64,000 nucleotides of DNA, taken from an uncultured Dehalococcoidales bacterium (GTDB lineage: Bacteria; Chloroflexota; Dehalococcoidia; Dehalococcoidales; UBA5760). Of the stretch, positions 55,038-64,000 are shown in pieces (within the stretch, counting starts at the first letter, position 1; each line of letters opens with the position of its first letter). The position numbers and the translations under genes are program-made. Where the stretch lies: contig CAYYLM010000002.1 of the NCBI GenBank assembly GCA_964472625.1, positions 9,366-73,365 on the forward strand. Direction: 5' to 3'. The notes under the pieces were generated by a model. That model was not told the DNA's origin and made no database searches. It saw only the letters and a list, made by a program, of their open reading frames with translations.

Positions 55038-55835
55038 GTGGAAGGTGCCCTGATCGCCATATTTACCATACTGGGGATGGTCATCGCTAGTTTCCTTAAT
55101 GTCGTGATTGACCGCTTGCCCCAGAATGAGTCGATTGTTTCTCCTCCCTCTCATTGTCCTTCTTGTCAGCGTCGCCTGGCTGCCAAAGACCTGATCCCCG
55201 TTTTTAGCTACCTGTGGCTGCGCGGTCGCTGTCGTTATTGCCGGGCTCCAATTCCTCGGCGGATATTGGGGATGGAGATTACAATCGGGGCGCTACTGCC
55301 GCTTCTCTACTGGCACTATGGTTTGAGTGCGGCACTGGGGATTATGGCTTTCTATTGCTGCCTGTTCATTATGCTCCTGGTGATTGATTGGGAGAAAGGG
55401 CTTATCCTCAACCGGCTGGTATACCCCAGCATGATAGTCGCGGTACTGTTTAGTATCTTCTTGGCCGGGAGGGTAGATGTTTTCGTGCTGGGGGGCAGAA
55501 TTGTGCAGCTGCCGCCTGGAATCGCTGACGCGGCAATCGGAGGCGCGATTGGCTTCGGGCTGGCCTTGTTGGTGGTGCTGCTTTCCAGAGGCGGTATGGG
55601 TTTTGGTGATGTCAAGATGGCGGCCCTGATTGGGCTGGTGGTCGGTTTTCCCGTCGTGTTTTTTACGCTAATTATGGCGGCAATTTTAGGTGGTGTGGTA
55701 GCGGCAATTCTGCTCCTCTTAAAGAAAAAGAAGCGGAAAGAGGCGATCCCCTTCGGTCCGTCGCTTTCGGTAGCTACTATAGTTACCCTGATATGGGGTG
55801 CCGACATCCTCATCTGGTGGCTGGGGCTGTTCTAA
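55038..55835 (+). CDS. pilD: Prepilin peptidase/N-methyltransferase
   Basis: ASFLNVVIDRLP, SHCPSC, GRCRYC, VID, GMGFGDVK, IPFGP. Confidence 0.93.
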   Translation: MEGALIAIFTILGMVIASFLNVVIDRLPQNESIVSPPSHCPSCQRRLAAKDLIPVFSYLWLRGRCRYCRAPIPRRILGMEITIGALLPLLYWHYGLSAALGIMAFYCCLFIMLLVIDWEKGLILNRLVYPSMIVAVLFSIFLAGRVDVFVLGGRIVQLPPGIADAAIGGAIGFGLALLVVLLSRGGMGFGDVKMAALIGLVVGFPVVFFTLIMAAILGGVVAAILLLLKKKKRKEAIPFGPSLSVATIVTLIWGADILIWWLGLF

Positions 55836-55913
55836 GCCCCAATCTCTAACCGTCCCACCACAGTAAGATTGCCTGCCTTCAGCTTTGGTCTCAAGGAAAG
55901 TGGCCTCAGGGTA

Positions 55914-55967
55914 TTGACATTTACCATCTGGCGAATTATAGTGTATATAATTAGTACTATAGTACTA
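55914..55967 (+). promoter_or_regulatory. Consensus promoter with perfect 16-bp palindromic operator
   Basis: TTGACA(55914)-17 bp-TATAGT(55937); TAGTACTATAGTACTA at 55952-55967. Confidence 0.75.
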
Positions 55968-55998
55968 GGGCGAAAGTTGTAACTAGCAGGTAATTAGG

Positions 55999-56262
55999 AT
56001 GGAACGCCGAAGGTCAAGCATTCAAGTAATAGCCGACATATTGAGGCTGGGTGAAGCGGGTAAGACCGAGATTATGTATAGCGCCAACATGAGCTTCTTC
56101 CAGCTGAAGAAGTATCTCAACTTCCTGCTTGAACTGAGACTGATAGACAAGGTGACGGTAGGGAATCCCACGGTTACCTACCGGGTGACCCGGAAAGGTC
56201 TTAGGTTGCTCAAGAGCATAGACACCGTCCTAGAGATGCTCGAGTTAAAGGAAGCTGATTGA
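55999..56262 (+). CDS. Winged-helix transcriptional regulator (archaeal-type HTH_45-like)
   Basis: RRRS..QVIADIL...KTEIMYSANMS..QLKKYL..L...YRVTRKG. Confidence 0.8.
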   Translation: MERRRSSIQVIADILRLGEAGKTEIMYSANMSFFQLKKYLNFLLELRLIDKVTVGNPTVTYRVTRKGLRLLKSIDTVLEMLELKEAD

Positions 56263-56283
56263 GCTTAGAGAAAGGGTAGTTGT

Positions 56284-56646
56284 ATGGCTGAGAAAAGAAT
56301 GCTGATAGTATCGGCTGAGTTGGTGAGGCGGATCGATGAAAATCGCGGTGATATGAGCCAGGCTGAGTTTATCGATTTTCTGATTGACAGTCAGCTAGAG
56401 GAGACCCAGACTAAGACTAAAGAGGAAGCAAAATATGTCACCGAAGAACAGTTTCGTTCTCTAGAACAGGATATAAAGAAGCTCCTCCGGAGCTTTCTTG
56501 ATTTTTTCGTCAGCTATGGCCTTGAACTGGGTAAGCAGGCTCCCCAATCTGAGTTTGAGGAACTTGCCAGCCGGCTGCAGGGACTGGAGAAGGAACTGGA
56601 AGCCGACGGCGGCGGAAAAGGTAAGGCTACCATAAAGTGGAAGTAG
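56284..56646 (+). CDS. Hypothetical protein with ribbon-helix-helix-like N-terminus
   Basis: MLIVSAELVRRIDENRGDMSQAEFIDFLID resembles CopG-type RHH; coiled-coil tail. Confidence 0.6.
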   Translation: MAEKRMLIVSAELVRRIDENRGDMSQAEFIDFLIDSQLEETQTKTKEEAKYVTEEQFRSLEQDIKKLLRSFLDFFVSYGLELGKQAPQSEFEELASRLQGLEKELEADGGGKGKATIKWK

Positions 56647-56679
56647 CCGCTTAAGTTTTACAACTTTAGGGAAAGCATG

Positions 56680-56710
56680 ACCCCCCTCATAAAGAGGGGG
56701 TTTTTATTTT
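56680..56710 (+). terminator. Rho-independent terminator
   Basis: CCCCCTC-ATAAA-GAGGGGG followed by TTTTTATTTT. Confidence 0.8.
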
Positions 56711-56873
56711 GGGTGGTTAATAATCTAAGGGTAGGTAAAAGATGTTGAGGTATGGTTAGTTCGAGTTAGTTGGGCTGATTTTAGGTGTCCCCAGGGTGTA
56801 GAACATTGTTCTAGTATTCAATACCTTCCCATTCTCAAGGCTATCCCTGATAGTAATATTTGGGGAAGGTATT

Positions 56874-57449
56874 ATGCTTTACATAATAATTGGGGCCATC
56901 GGTTTTGTGGTAGTCCATATTTTTGACCTCGTTGCCCTGAAGAGGATTCCCAGGCTAAAGCCGGTTGTCTGGTGTATCGGGTCCGGCTTATTAATCTACT
57001 CGCTGGTGATGATATGCCGGTATCCGGTTAAGATTGAGCTGCCGGCCTGGTCAATGTGGTTGGGGTGGGGGATACTCGCCGTATCGGCTTCCTTATTAAT
57101 ACATTCACTATTTGTCAGTCTTCCCTTTCGTAAGACATATGTTGATCCCGGGGTCGGCGATAAGCTGGTAAAAACTGGGCTCTATGCCCTGGTGCGCCAC
57201 CCCGGGATTTTGTGGTTTCCCCTCTTTATGCTATCTCTAATCCCGATTTCAAGGTCCAGCCTATTACTTATTGCTGCCCCGACCTTTATTGCCCTGGATA
57301 TCGTGCTGGTATTTATCCAGGACAGGTTTATCTTTGGCCGTATGTTTCATGGCTATGAGAGATACCGGCGGGAAACCCCGATGTTACTGCCGAATAGAAA
57401 GAGCGTCGGCGCTTTTCTGCGCTCCTTACGGCAGGTTAAGTCTCAGTAA
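56874..57449 (+). CDS. Isoprenylcysteine carboxyl methyltransferase/PEMT-like membrane methyltransferase
   Basis: LVKTGLYALVRHPG, YERYRRETPMLLP. Confidence 0.8.
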   Translation: MLYIIIGAIGFVVVHIFDLVALKRIPRLKPVVWCIGSGLLIYSLVMICRYPVKIELPAWSMWLGWGILAVSASLLIHSLFVSLPFRKTYVDPGVGDKLVKTGLYALVRHPGILWFPLFMLSLIPISRSSLLLIAAPTFIALDIVLVFIQDRFIFGRMFHGYERYRRETPMLLPNRKSVGAFLRSLRQVKSQ

Positions 57450-57473
57450 TCTAACTCAAGGAGGTTAGACGAC

Positions 57474-59123
57474 ATGAGTAGAGAAGCAGAACTAATTGTC
57501 CAGGGTAAAAACCAGGAGCTGTGGCAGAGGTGCTGTGGCTTTATCGATCTGAGCTTAAAAGATTTTATGGGCATCCAGGAACGGTTACTGCTGGAGCAGC
57601 TAGAATCGCTTAAAAAGTGTAAGCTGGGTAGGAGCATCATGCGTGGTGCCGGACCCAGAACTGTGGCCGAATTCCGGGAACAGGTGCCGCTAACTACCTA
57701 TACCGATTATGAGCCATTCCTGCTGACCAAAAACGAGCGTGCCCTACCGGCGAAACCGCTCTTCTGGCAGCATACCTCAGGTCGGTCTGGTGAATATGCC
57801 TTTAAGTGGGCCCCGGTTACTGCCCGCCAGTTTGAAGAAACACGTGCCCTGCTGTTTGGCTGTCTCGCCTTCTCCTGCTGCAGTGAGAAGGGTGAGATTG
57901 CTTACAAGTGGAAGGACAAATTCCTTTACGCTCTAGCCCCACCTCCCTACACGACCGGGGCGCTGATACACAACGCACCACACGAAGTGTTTAACTTCTT
58001 ACCGCCAATACGGGCCGCCGAAAATATGTCTTTTGAGGAAAGGGTACAACTTGGTTTCCAGCTGGCTCTATCTGAAGGCCTGGATCTATTCTTCGCCATG
58101 TCCAGCGTGCTAGTTGCCATTGGTGAGCGCTTCGGCCAGAGAAAAGGAAGCGTTAACATTAAATCTCTGTTGGCTAGGCCTGGACTTCTGTCGCGTTTGC
58201 TAAGGGGAGTAGTGAAGAGTAAGCTGGCTCGTCGGAGAATGATGCCTCGGGATATCTGGAGTCTCAAGGGCTTGGTCTCAACCGGCTCAGATGGTGCCGT
58301 GTTTCGGGAAAAGGTTAAGAAGATGTGGGGGCGGTATCCGCTGGATGTCTATGCCGGCACCGAGGGGCTGATTATGGCGACACAAACCTGGGACTACGCG
58401 GGGATGACCTTTATACCCCACATTAACTTCTTTGAGTTTATCCCTGAGGAGGAGTCCCTCCGGTCCAAGGCTGACCCTGATTATGAGCCAGAGACGGTAC
58501 TTTTAGACGAAGTTAAGGCGGGCGAGAACTACGAGGTGGTTATCACCAGCTTCCACGGCATGCCCTTTACCAGATACCGGCTGGGTGACATGATTAAAAT
58601 AACATCACTGCGTAACGAGAAGCTCGGGATAGATATACCTCAAATGACATTCCACAGTCGCGTGGATGACATAATCGACATCGCTGGTTTTACCCGGCTA
58701 ACAGAGAAGGTTATCTGGCAGGCGATAGAGAACACGGGTGTCCCTTATGAGGAGTGGACGGCGCGTAAAGAGCTACAGGACAAGCCGGTATTACACCTCT
58801 ACCTTGAGCTCAAAGAGGACGGACGCGTTACATCCGAAGAGTTGGCTACCGCAGTTCATAGGGAACTGGCCAAGTTAGACCCTCCCTATGCTGATTTGGA
58901 GGCATTTATCGGCTTGAGACCGCTTGAGGTTACCCTGCTACCGCAAAATGCCTTTCGGAGCTACATGTTACAGCAGCAGGCGGCTGGTGCCGACCTAGCT
59001 CATCTGAAGCCGCCGCACATTAATCCCTCAGATAGCATGCTAGAGAGTTTGGTCAAAGGTGTGGAGGCGGTGCCGGTATCTGCCGAGCCAGAGCACGAGC
59101 CTGAAATAGTTCAGAGTCGGTAA
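57474..59123 (+). CDS. GH3-family acyl-adenylate/amide synthetase
   Basis: VPLTTYTDY, HTSGRSG P-loop, YAGTEG, FFEFIP, YEVVITS, RYRLGD. Confidence 0.85.
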   Translation: MSREAELIVQGKNQELWQRCCGFIDLSLKDFMGIQERLLLEQLESLKKCKLGRSIMRGAGPRTVAEFREQVPLTTYTDYEPFLLTKNERALPAKPLFWQHTSGRSGEYAFKWAPVTARQFEETRALLFGCLAFSCCSEKGEIAYKWKDKFLYALAPPPYTTGALIHNAPHEVFNFLPPIRAAENMSFEERVQLGFQLALSEGLDLFFAMSSVLVAIGERFGQRKGSVNIKSLLARPGLLSRLLRGVVKSKLARRRMMPRDIWSLKGLVSTGSDGAVFREKVKKMWGRYPLDVYAGTEGLIMATQTWDYAGMTFIPHINFFEFIPEEESLRSKADPDYEPETVLLDEVKAGENYEVVITSFHGMPFTRYRLGDMIKITSLRNEKLGIDIPQMTFHSRVDDIIDIAGFTRLTEKVIWQAIENTGVPYEEWTARKELQDKPVLHLYLELKEDGRVTSEELATAVHRELAKLDPPYADLEAFIGLRPLEVTLLPQNAFRSYMLQQQAAGADLAHLKPPHINPSDSMLESLVKGVEAVPVSAEPEHEPEIVQSR

Positions 59124-59173
59124 ACCCGCAAGCTACGGGTTAGTTAGCTAACAACGGCAAGAGGTAGTGGTTA

Positions 59174-60433
59174 ATGACCGCAGGTACTGATAACGACAAG
59201 CGAGTAGTGATTACTGGACTAGGGGTTGTCAGTCCACTGGGACTGACGGTGCCCGATATGTGGCAGGCCCTCGTTTCGGGTAAGTGTGGAATTAACTATA
59301 TTTCTAACTTCGATGCCACAATCTTTAGGACTAAGTATGCGGCTGAGGTGAAGGGCTTTGACCCATATGCCTACGTCGGACCTAAAGAGGCGAGGCGTAT
59401 GGACCGATTTGCCCAGTTTGCGGTTGCTGCTAGCCTTCAGGCGGTAGAGGCAGCTGGTTTAAGGCTGGATAACGGCGACGCTGAGGAGGCTGGTGTTATC
59501 ATTGGCGACAGTATCTGTGGGCTGCTTCAGATTTGCGACCAACTTAGGGTATTAAGTGAAGCTGGTCCGGAGAAGGTGAGCCCGGTTCTAGCTCCGACCA
59601 TGTCTGGCGATGCTGCCTCGGTACAGGTCTCACTGATACTGGGTACCAAGGGCATTAACTACTCCCCATCATCGGCCTGTTCCAGCAGCAGTGACGCCAT
59701 CGGGCAGGCCTACGAGATAATTAGGGGGGGTGGGGCTAAGGTGATTATTGCCGGCGGTGCTGAAGCTCCGATAATGCCCATCATCCTAGCGGCCTTTAAT
59801 TCCTGCCGGGCACTCTCGACCAATAATAATGGGGTTGAAACCGCGTGTCGCCCCTTTGATGCCGAGCGAGATGGTTTTGTCTTAGGCGAGGGCGCGGCCA
59901 TTATGGTTCTGGAGGAGGCTAATTATGCTCTGGAGCGCGGGGCGCTCATCTTGGGGGAGATCATCGGCTATAGTGCGACCAGTGATGCTTTCCACCTGAT
60001 ACAACCCTCTCCCGATGGTGAAGGTGCGGCCAGAGCCTTAAGGCTAGCGATGAAGCGGGCTAATGTTACCCCAGGCGATATTGACTATATCAATGCTCAT
60101 GGCACCGCGACCTTACTCAACGACCGTACTGAAACCCAGGCCATGAAAAGCGTGTTTGGTGAGCATGCTTATCGGATTCCTATCTCAGGCAGCAAATCCC
60201 AGACAGGGCATCTTCTGGGAGCCTCCGGGAGCCTTGAGGCGGTGATCTGTGTTCTGGCCTTAAATCACGGGGTTGTTCCCCCGACCATTAACCTTAGTCA
60301 CCCCGACCCTGAGTGCGACCTGGATTACGTACCCAACAGGGCACGGTGCGTTGAGGTAGAGACGGCAATCTCAAACTCCTTTGGCTTCGGGGGACATAAC
60401 TCAACACTTATCTTTCGTCACTACTCCGAATAG
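59174..60433 (+). CDS. fabF: Beta-ketoacyl-ACP synthase II family protein
   Basis: SACSSS (Cys), INAHGTAT, KSQTGHLLGASG, SNSFGFGGHN. Confidence 0.88.
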   Translation: MTAGTDNDKRVVITGLGVVSPLGLTVPDMWQALVSGKCGINYISNFDATIFRTKYAAEVKGFDPYAYVGPKEARRMDRFAQFAVAASLQAVEAAGLRLDNGDAEEAGVIIGDSICGLLQICDQLRVLSEAGPEKVSPVLAPTMSGDAASVQVSLILGTKGINYSPSSACSSSSDAIGQAYEIIRGGGAKVIIAGGAEAPIMPIILAAFNSCRALSTNNNGVETACRPFDAERDGFVLGEGAAIMVLEEANYALERGALILGEIIGYSATSDAFHLIQPSPDGEGAARALRLAMKRANVTPGDIDYINAHGTATLLNDRTETQAMKSVFGEHAYRIPISGSKSQTGHLLGASGSLEAVICVLALNHGVVPPTINLSHPDPECDLDYVPNRARCVEVETAISNSFGFGGHNSTLIFRHYSE

Positions 60434-60509
60434 TAACCTTAACTATGTCAAAAAGGGGGCACGATGTTTTTTAGGGCTCCCCAGCGGGCTTTAAGAAGAG
60501 GTAGAAGTA

Positions 60510-61967
60510 ATGGATATACTGCTTATTGATCCGCCTTATACTAGCCTAAAGGGTGTGTCAACAGATTGTGGCTATCACATAGGTCTAACCAGTATTGCGG
60601 CGTATATTCGTAATGAAGGGATTGAAACTGCCGTGTTAATGGGAGACCTGTTGGTGGATTCACTGCGTAGCAACAAAAATAAGGGGTTTACTTATAACGT
60701 CAAAGAATATGCCGCCGGACAGCGAGCTTATGAGGCGATTGTAAGCGATAAAAATCACATTGTCTGGAGAAAGTTGACTGACATTGTGATTAAGGCTAAT
60801 CCCATGGCGGTGGGAATATCGTATTTATCACCACTAAAGTATGTGGTTGAAAGAATAGCTGGTCTGGTTAAGGAGATTGATCGCGGTATTAAGGTTATTG
60901 CCGGCTCGTCTCATCCGACCTTTTGCCCTGAAGAAGTAATGCAGAACCCAGATATAGATTTTGTTATTAGAGGCGAGGGTGAGATCCCGCTGCTAAGCCT
61001 CGTTAGAGAGTTCAAGAAAGCCAGTCCTAGGTGGGAGAGAGTCCCCGGGATTTACTACCGGGACGGCGGCGGGCAGGTATCGAATACTAATGGCGTAAAG
61101 CTAATCGAAAATCTTGATGAACTGCCATTTCTTGCTCGAGACCTGGTGCTTAATTGCGATTATGATTGCTATCGGCTCCACAGTATCGCTACCACCCGTG
61201 GTTGTCCCTATACCTGTTCTTTCTGTGCCGATAAAAGGCTCTGGGGTGGCAAGGTGCGCCGCCGTAGTGTGGCTAAGGTCATTGAAGAGATGCAACTCCT
61301 GAAGGATACCTACAAGATCGATTATGTTGACTTCGCCGATGGCACCTTTACCTATGACCGTAGGTATTTACAGGGATTCTGTAAGGCAATGATTGACCAG
61401 AAGCTGAATATTAAGTGGCGGTGTACCGCCCGGTACGATAACCTGGACGAAGACCTGCTTCAGTTGATGAAGCAGGCTGGCTGTGCCGGGCTTTATTTCG
61501 GTTTAGAGTCGGGAAGCGATCGGGTGTTGAGGGCTATTGATAAAAAGATAACCGTTGACCAGATTATCAAGGTGAGCGAAATGGTCTATGACAGTGGCAT
61601 CCCTGCTGCAACCTCAGTCTTGCTGGGTCTGCCGGATGAGACCAAAGAAGATATGGAAGAGACTCTGAAACTAATGAAAAGGGTTAAGGCTGACCTCTTT
61701 GATGTCAATAGTTATACCCCGTTACCCGGCACCCCATTGTACGATGCCATGAGTGAAGAAGATAAGAAAAATATCGATTGGCGCAAAGTGTCGCTTAAGT
61801 CCTTTGATAGTTACTTCTCGAAGAGTGTATCACAGGATGATTTCAGGAAATATATATCTGAGGCTTATGGGATAGCAAATAGGGTGCGGCGGAAAACCCT
61901 TGTCCGTTTCGCAGCCAAGATGTTTTTCCATTCTGTAGCCGGGATGTTTAGAAAACTACGAAGATAG
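60510..61967 (+). CDS. B12-binding-domain radical SAM protein
   Basis: N-terminal cobalamin-binding Rossmann domain (HPT, RGEGE), TRGCPYTCSFC. Confidence 0.9.
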   Translation: MDILLIDPPYTSLKGVSTDCGYHIGLTSIAAYIRNEGIETAVLMGDLLVDSLRSNKNKGFTYNVKEYAAGQRAYEAIVSDKNHIVWRKLTDIVIKANPMAVGISYLSPLKYVVERIAGLVKEIDRGIKVIAGSSHPTFCPEEVMQNPDIDFVIRGEGEIPLLSLVREFKKASPRWERVPGIYYRDGGGQVSNTNGVKLIENLDELPFLARDLVLNCDYDCYRLHSIATTRGCPYTCSFCADKRLWGGKVRRRSVAKVIEEMQLLKDTYKIDYVDFADGTFTYDRRYLQGFCKAMIDQKLNIKWRCTARYDNLDEDLLQLMKQAGCAGLYFGLESGSDRVLRAIDKKITVDQIIKVSEMVYDSGIPAATSVLLGLPDETKEDMEETLKLMKRVKADLFDVNSYTPLPGTPLYDAMSEEDKKNIDWRKVSLKSFDSYFSKSVSQDDFRKYISEAYGIANRVRRKTLVRFAAKMFFHSVAGMFRKLRR

Positions 61968-62116
61968 GCCGGGCCAATAGATTGGCCGATTGTATATTCT
62001 AAAGCGCAGTTAGTTCTAATCTGATTACTCCCCATCTGTGACATTTACCGTTTCTTCCCTGAATTCCCGTTTTGCTCCTACCCCTGCCTTAACAGGTGTC
62101 CCAGACCAAGGCGCTA

Positions 62117-62145
62117 TTGACAAGCCTAGAGCCATAAGGCATAAT
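62117..62145 (+). promoter_or_regulatory. Sigma70-type promoter
   Basis: TTGACA-17 bp-CATAAT upstream of the cyclase gene. Confidence 0.55.
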
Positions 62146-62213
62146 CTCTAATATATGAAACATTATGTAATGATTAGCCGTTTGCGCCTCGTTGGGTAGT
62201 AGAGGGGGATGCT

Positions 62214-64000
62214 GTGAATGTATGGGCGGTAATTCCATTAGTTAGCTTTCTACTGTTTGCTATCTTAGCGATAGTAGTTCTGCGGCAGGATGGCCGGCGC
62301 ATAAATCGGGTATTTGCCCTGTTTCTCATTGCCTCCAGCATATGGAGTTTCTCCTCCTTTATGCTGCATCTTAATCCTTATCCTCAATATGCCCTCCTGT
62401 GGAATGAGATACTAGCGGCCATGCTTGTCTGGGTGGTAGTCAGTTACTACCATTTCGTCAGGGCTTACAATAATAAACCAGGTGGCTTAGCTTTATACCT
62501 GGGCTATGGTGCGGTATTCACAGTCTTGGCGCTGGCGCTGAATGGCTACTTGATAAAATATGCCTTCGTCATTAACGGGGTTTTATACCATGATGTGGGG
62601 TCTGCGCTCTACGTAATAGGTGGTATTAGTGCCGGCTTCTTGATCAGTGCCACATTAGGACTGATTAACCGATACCGTAGCTCTATTGATGCCGTCGACC
62701 GCAACCGAACCATGTATCTCGTCATCGGCTCCGTGATAGTAATCGTCTCAACCTACGTCACTAACCTGACCCCGGCTATAGCTGGCCTGTCTATTGACCA
62801 CGTTGGCAACATGGTCAACGCTGGAGTGATCGCCTATGCCATTACGAAATACCAGTTGCTTAACGTCAGATTTGTGACACGTAAGGTACTGGCCTATGCC
62901 TTATTGATTGCCTGTATCGGTGGCATATATAGCGGTCTTTTACTGCTTGGCCAGAGGTACTTACCTTCCCAACCGGTGTATGCTTCCGTTACCTATAACA
63001 TCGGGGTGGTCATCTTTCTGGCATTTCTGACCCGTCCCTTGCTGCGTAAAATCGAAGATTGGGTGTACCGCTCATTTCACTGGGGAACATATAAATACCG
63101 CCGAGCCCTGATTGACTTTGGTGATCGGATGAGCCACATCATTAACCTGGATGAGCTGGCTGATGAAATGTTGAGCGCCATGACCAAGGCGCTGCACTTA
63201 AAGCAGGCGAAACTCTTGTTCCAGGACTATAGTAGCGGTGACTTCACCACCAAATTTGCCCACCCTAAGGTGGAGGATGAGGAGTTGGATGACGAGTTTA
63301 AATTTAGCGTGGATAACCCGGTAGCGGCTTGGCTCAATAAGAAGGGCGAGCCACTTACCCTGGAATCAATTGATAATATGCCGGAGTTTAAGGGGCTGCG
63401 GGAGCCAGAAAGGGAGCAGATAATAGCCTCCAACCTAGGACTCTTGTGTCCCATCAAGAGCCGGGATAGGCTGATTGGTATCATTGCCCTGGGGAAAAAG
63501 GAGGCAGATACCATCTATTCTCACGAGGACTTAGAGCTGGTGATGAGCATGGCAAGTCAGGCCAGCACTATAATCGAGAATGCCCAGCTTTACTCTCAAG
63601 CGGTGACCAGGGCGAATACGGATGGACTCACCGGACTTTATAACCACCGTCATTTTCACGAACGTCTCGACCACGAGATCGCCAGGGGCTCTCGCTTTGG
63701 TACCACCTTTTCCTTAATCATGCTGGATATAGACCTCTTTAAGGCCTTCAACGATATTCATGGTCATCTGGCCGGAGATGAAATTCTGCGTCGCATCGCA
63801 ATTTGCATTCAAACATCAATCCGAAGTCTAGATATTGCCTTCCGTTATGGAGGTGAGGAGTTCACTATTATTCTACCTGAGGCGCGACTCGATGATGCTC
63901 ATAAGGTGGCCGAGCGCATTCGTAAGACCATAGCCGCCAGAACAAGCTCTACGGCGCCTCCGATTACTGCCAGTATCGGCGTGGCTAACTGGCCGATTGA
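62214..64000 (+). CDS. 7TM sensor-GAF-GGDEF diguanylate cyclase, 3' end outside window
   Basis: Absent from the ORF track. Manual translation from GTG 62214: MNVWAVIPLVSFLL... TM helices, GAF-like LIGIIALG, DGLTGLYNHR, DIDLFKAFNDIHGHLAGD, RSLD I-site, YGGEEF. Confidence 0.88.
   Translation, partial: MNVWAVIPLVSFLLFAILAIVVLRQDGRRINRVFALFLIASSIWSFSSFMLHLNPYPQYALLWNEILAAMLVWVVVSYYHFVRAYNNKPGGLALYLGYGAVFTVLALALNGYLIKYAFVINGVLYHDVGSALYVIGGISAGFLISATLGLINRYRSSIDAVDRNRTMYLVIGSVIVIVSTYVTNLTPAIAGLSIDHVGNMVNAGVIAYAITKYQLLNVRFVTRKVLAYALLIACIGGIYSGLLLLGQRYLPSQPVYASVTYNIGVVIFLAFLTRPLLRKIEDWVYRSFHWGTYKYRRALIDFGDRMSHIINLDELADEMLSAMTKALHLKQAKLLFQDYSSGDFTTKFAHPKVEDEELDDEFKFSVDNPVAAWLNKKGEPLTLESIDNMPEFKGLREPEREQIIASNLGLLCPIKSRDRLIGIIALGKKEADTIYSHEDLELVMSMASQASTIIENAQLYSQAVTRANTDGLTGLYNHRHFHERLDHEIARGSRFGTTFSLIMLDIDLFKAFNDIHGHLAGDEILRRIAICIQTSIRSLDIAFRYGGEEFTIILPEARLDDAHKVAERIRKTIAARTSSTAPPITASIGVANWPI

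Noticed and set aside
875-63514. Numerous short antisense or overlapping ORFs in the track (e.g. 8962-9396, 12512-13156, 20610-21065, 37555-38079, 42007-42528, 63227-63514)
   Set aside because: They are shadow frames of well-supported genes on the opposite strand, with no motifs or RBS.

Overview
GC-moderate bacterial window whose gene content and style suggest Dehalococcoidia (Chloroflexota); this is an inference, with no rRNA marker in view. From left to right: (1) acyl-CoA/alcohol metabolism genes and a decayed SDR; (2) tRNA-Leu(TAG) followed by a surface-glycosylation and secreted-protein cluster (GalE, GT4, GT2, GT-C-like membrane protein, GH105-CBM35, and a C39-like protein that shares a 513-bp near-identical 3' module with the GH105 gene); (3) TetR with an ABC-2 exporter, thiolase with DUF35, Dph6-like and PreA-like genes; (4) a truncated integrative element at tRNA-Gly(CCC) with an intact tyrosine integrase and a decapitated STAND-like NTPase joined to half a metallo-beta-lactamase gene; (5) lsrF-like aldolase and an acetoin/2-oxoacid dehydrogenase operon with lipAB and an ALDH1L1-like formyltransferase; (6) a complete monoderm-style type IV pilus locus; (7) ICMT-like, GH3, FabF and B12 radical SAM genes plus a partial 7TM-GAF-GGDEF cyclase. 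The best candidate for an undescribed system is in the pilus locus. The extension ATPase PilB carries two tandem, apparently catalytically degenerate Mrr-like restriction-endonuclease-fold domains where a c-di-GMP-binding MshEN domain often sits. A second gene in the same locus fuses an archaeal-type multi-zinc-ribbon (TackOD1-like) domain to two more copies of that repeat. Nearby are a pseudo-receiver response regulator, a BldC/Xis-like HTH protein with an upstream direct-repeat array, an archaeal-type wHTH with a perfect palindromic operator, and a 6S-like structured RNA candidate. All family assignments come from motif recognition by eye; no searches were run.
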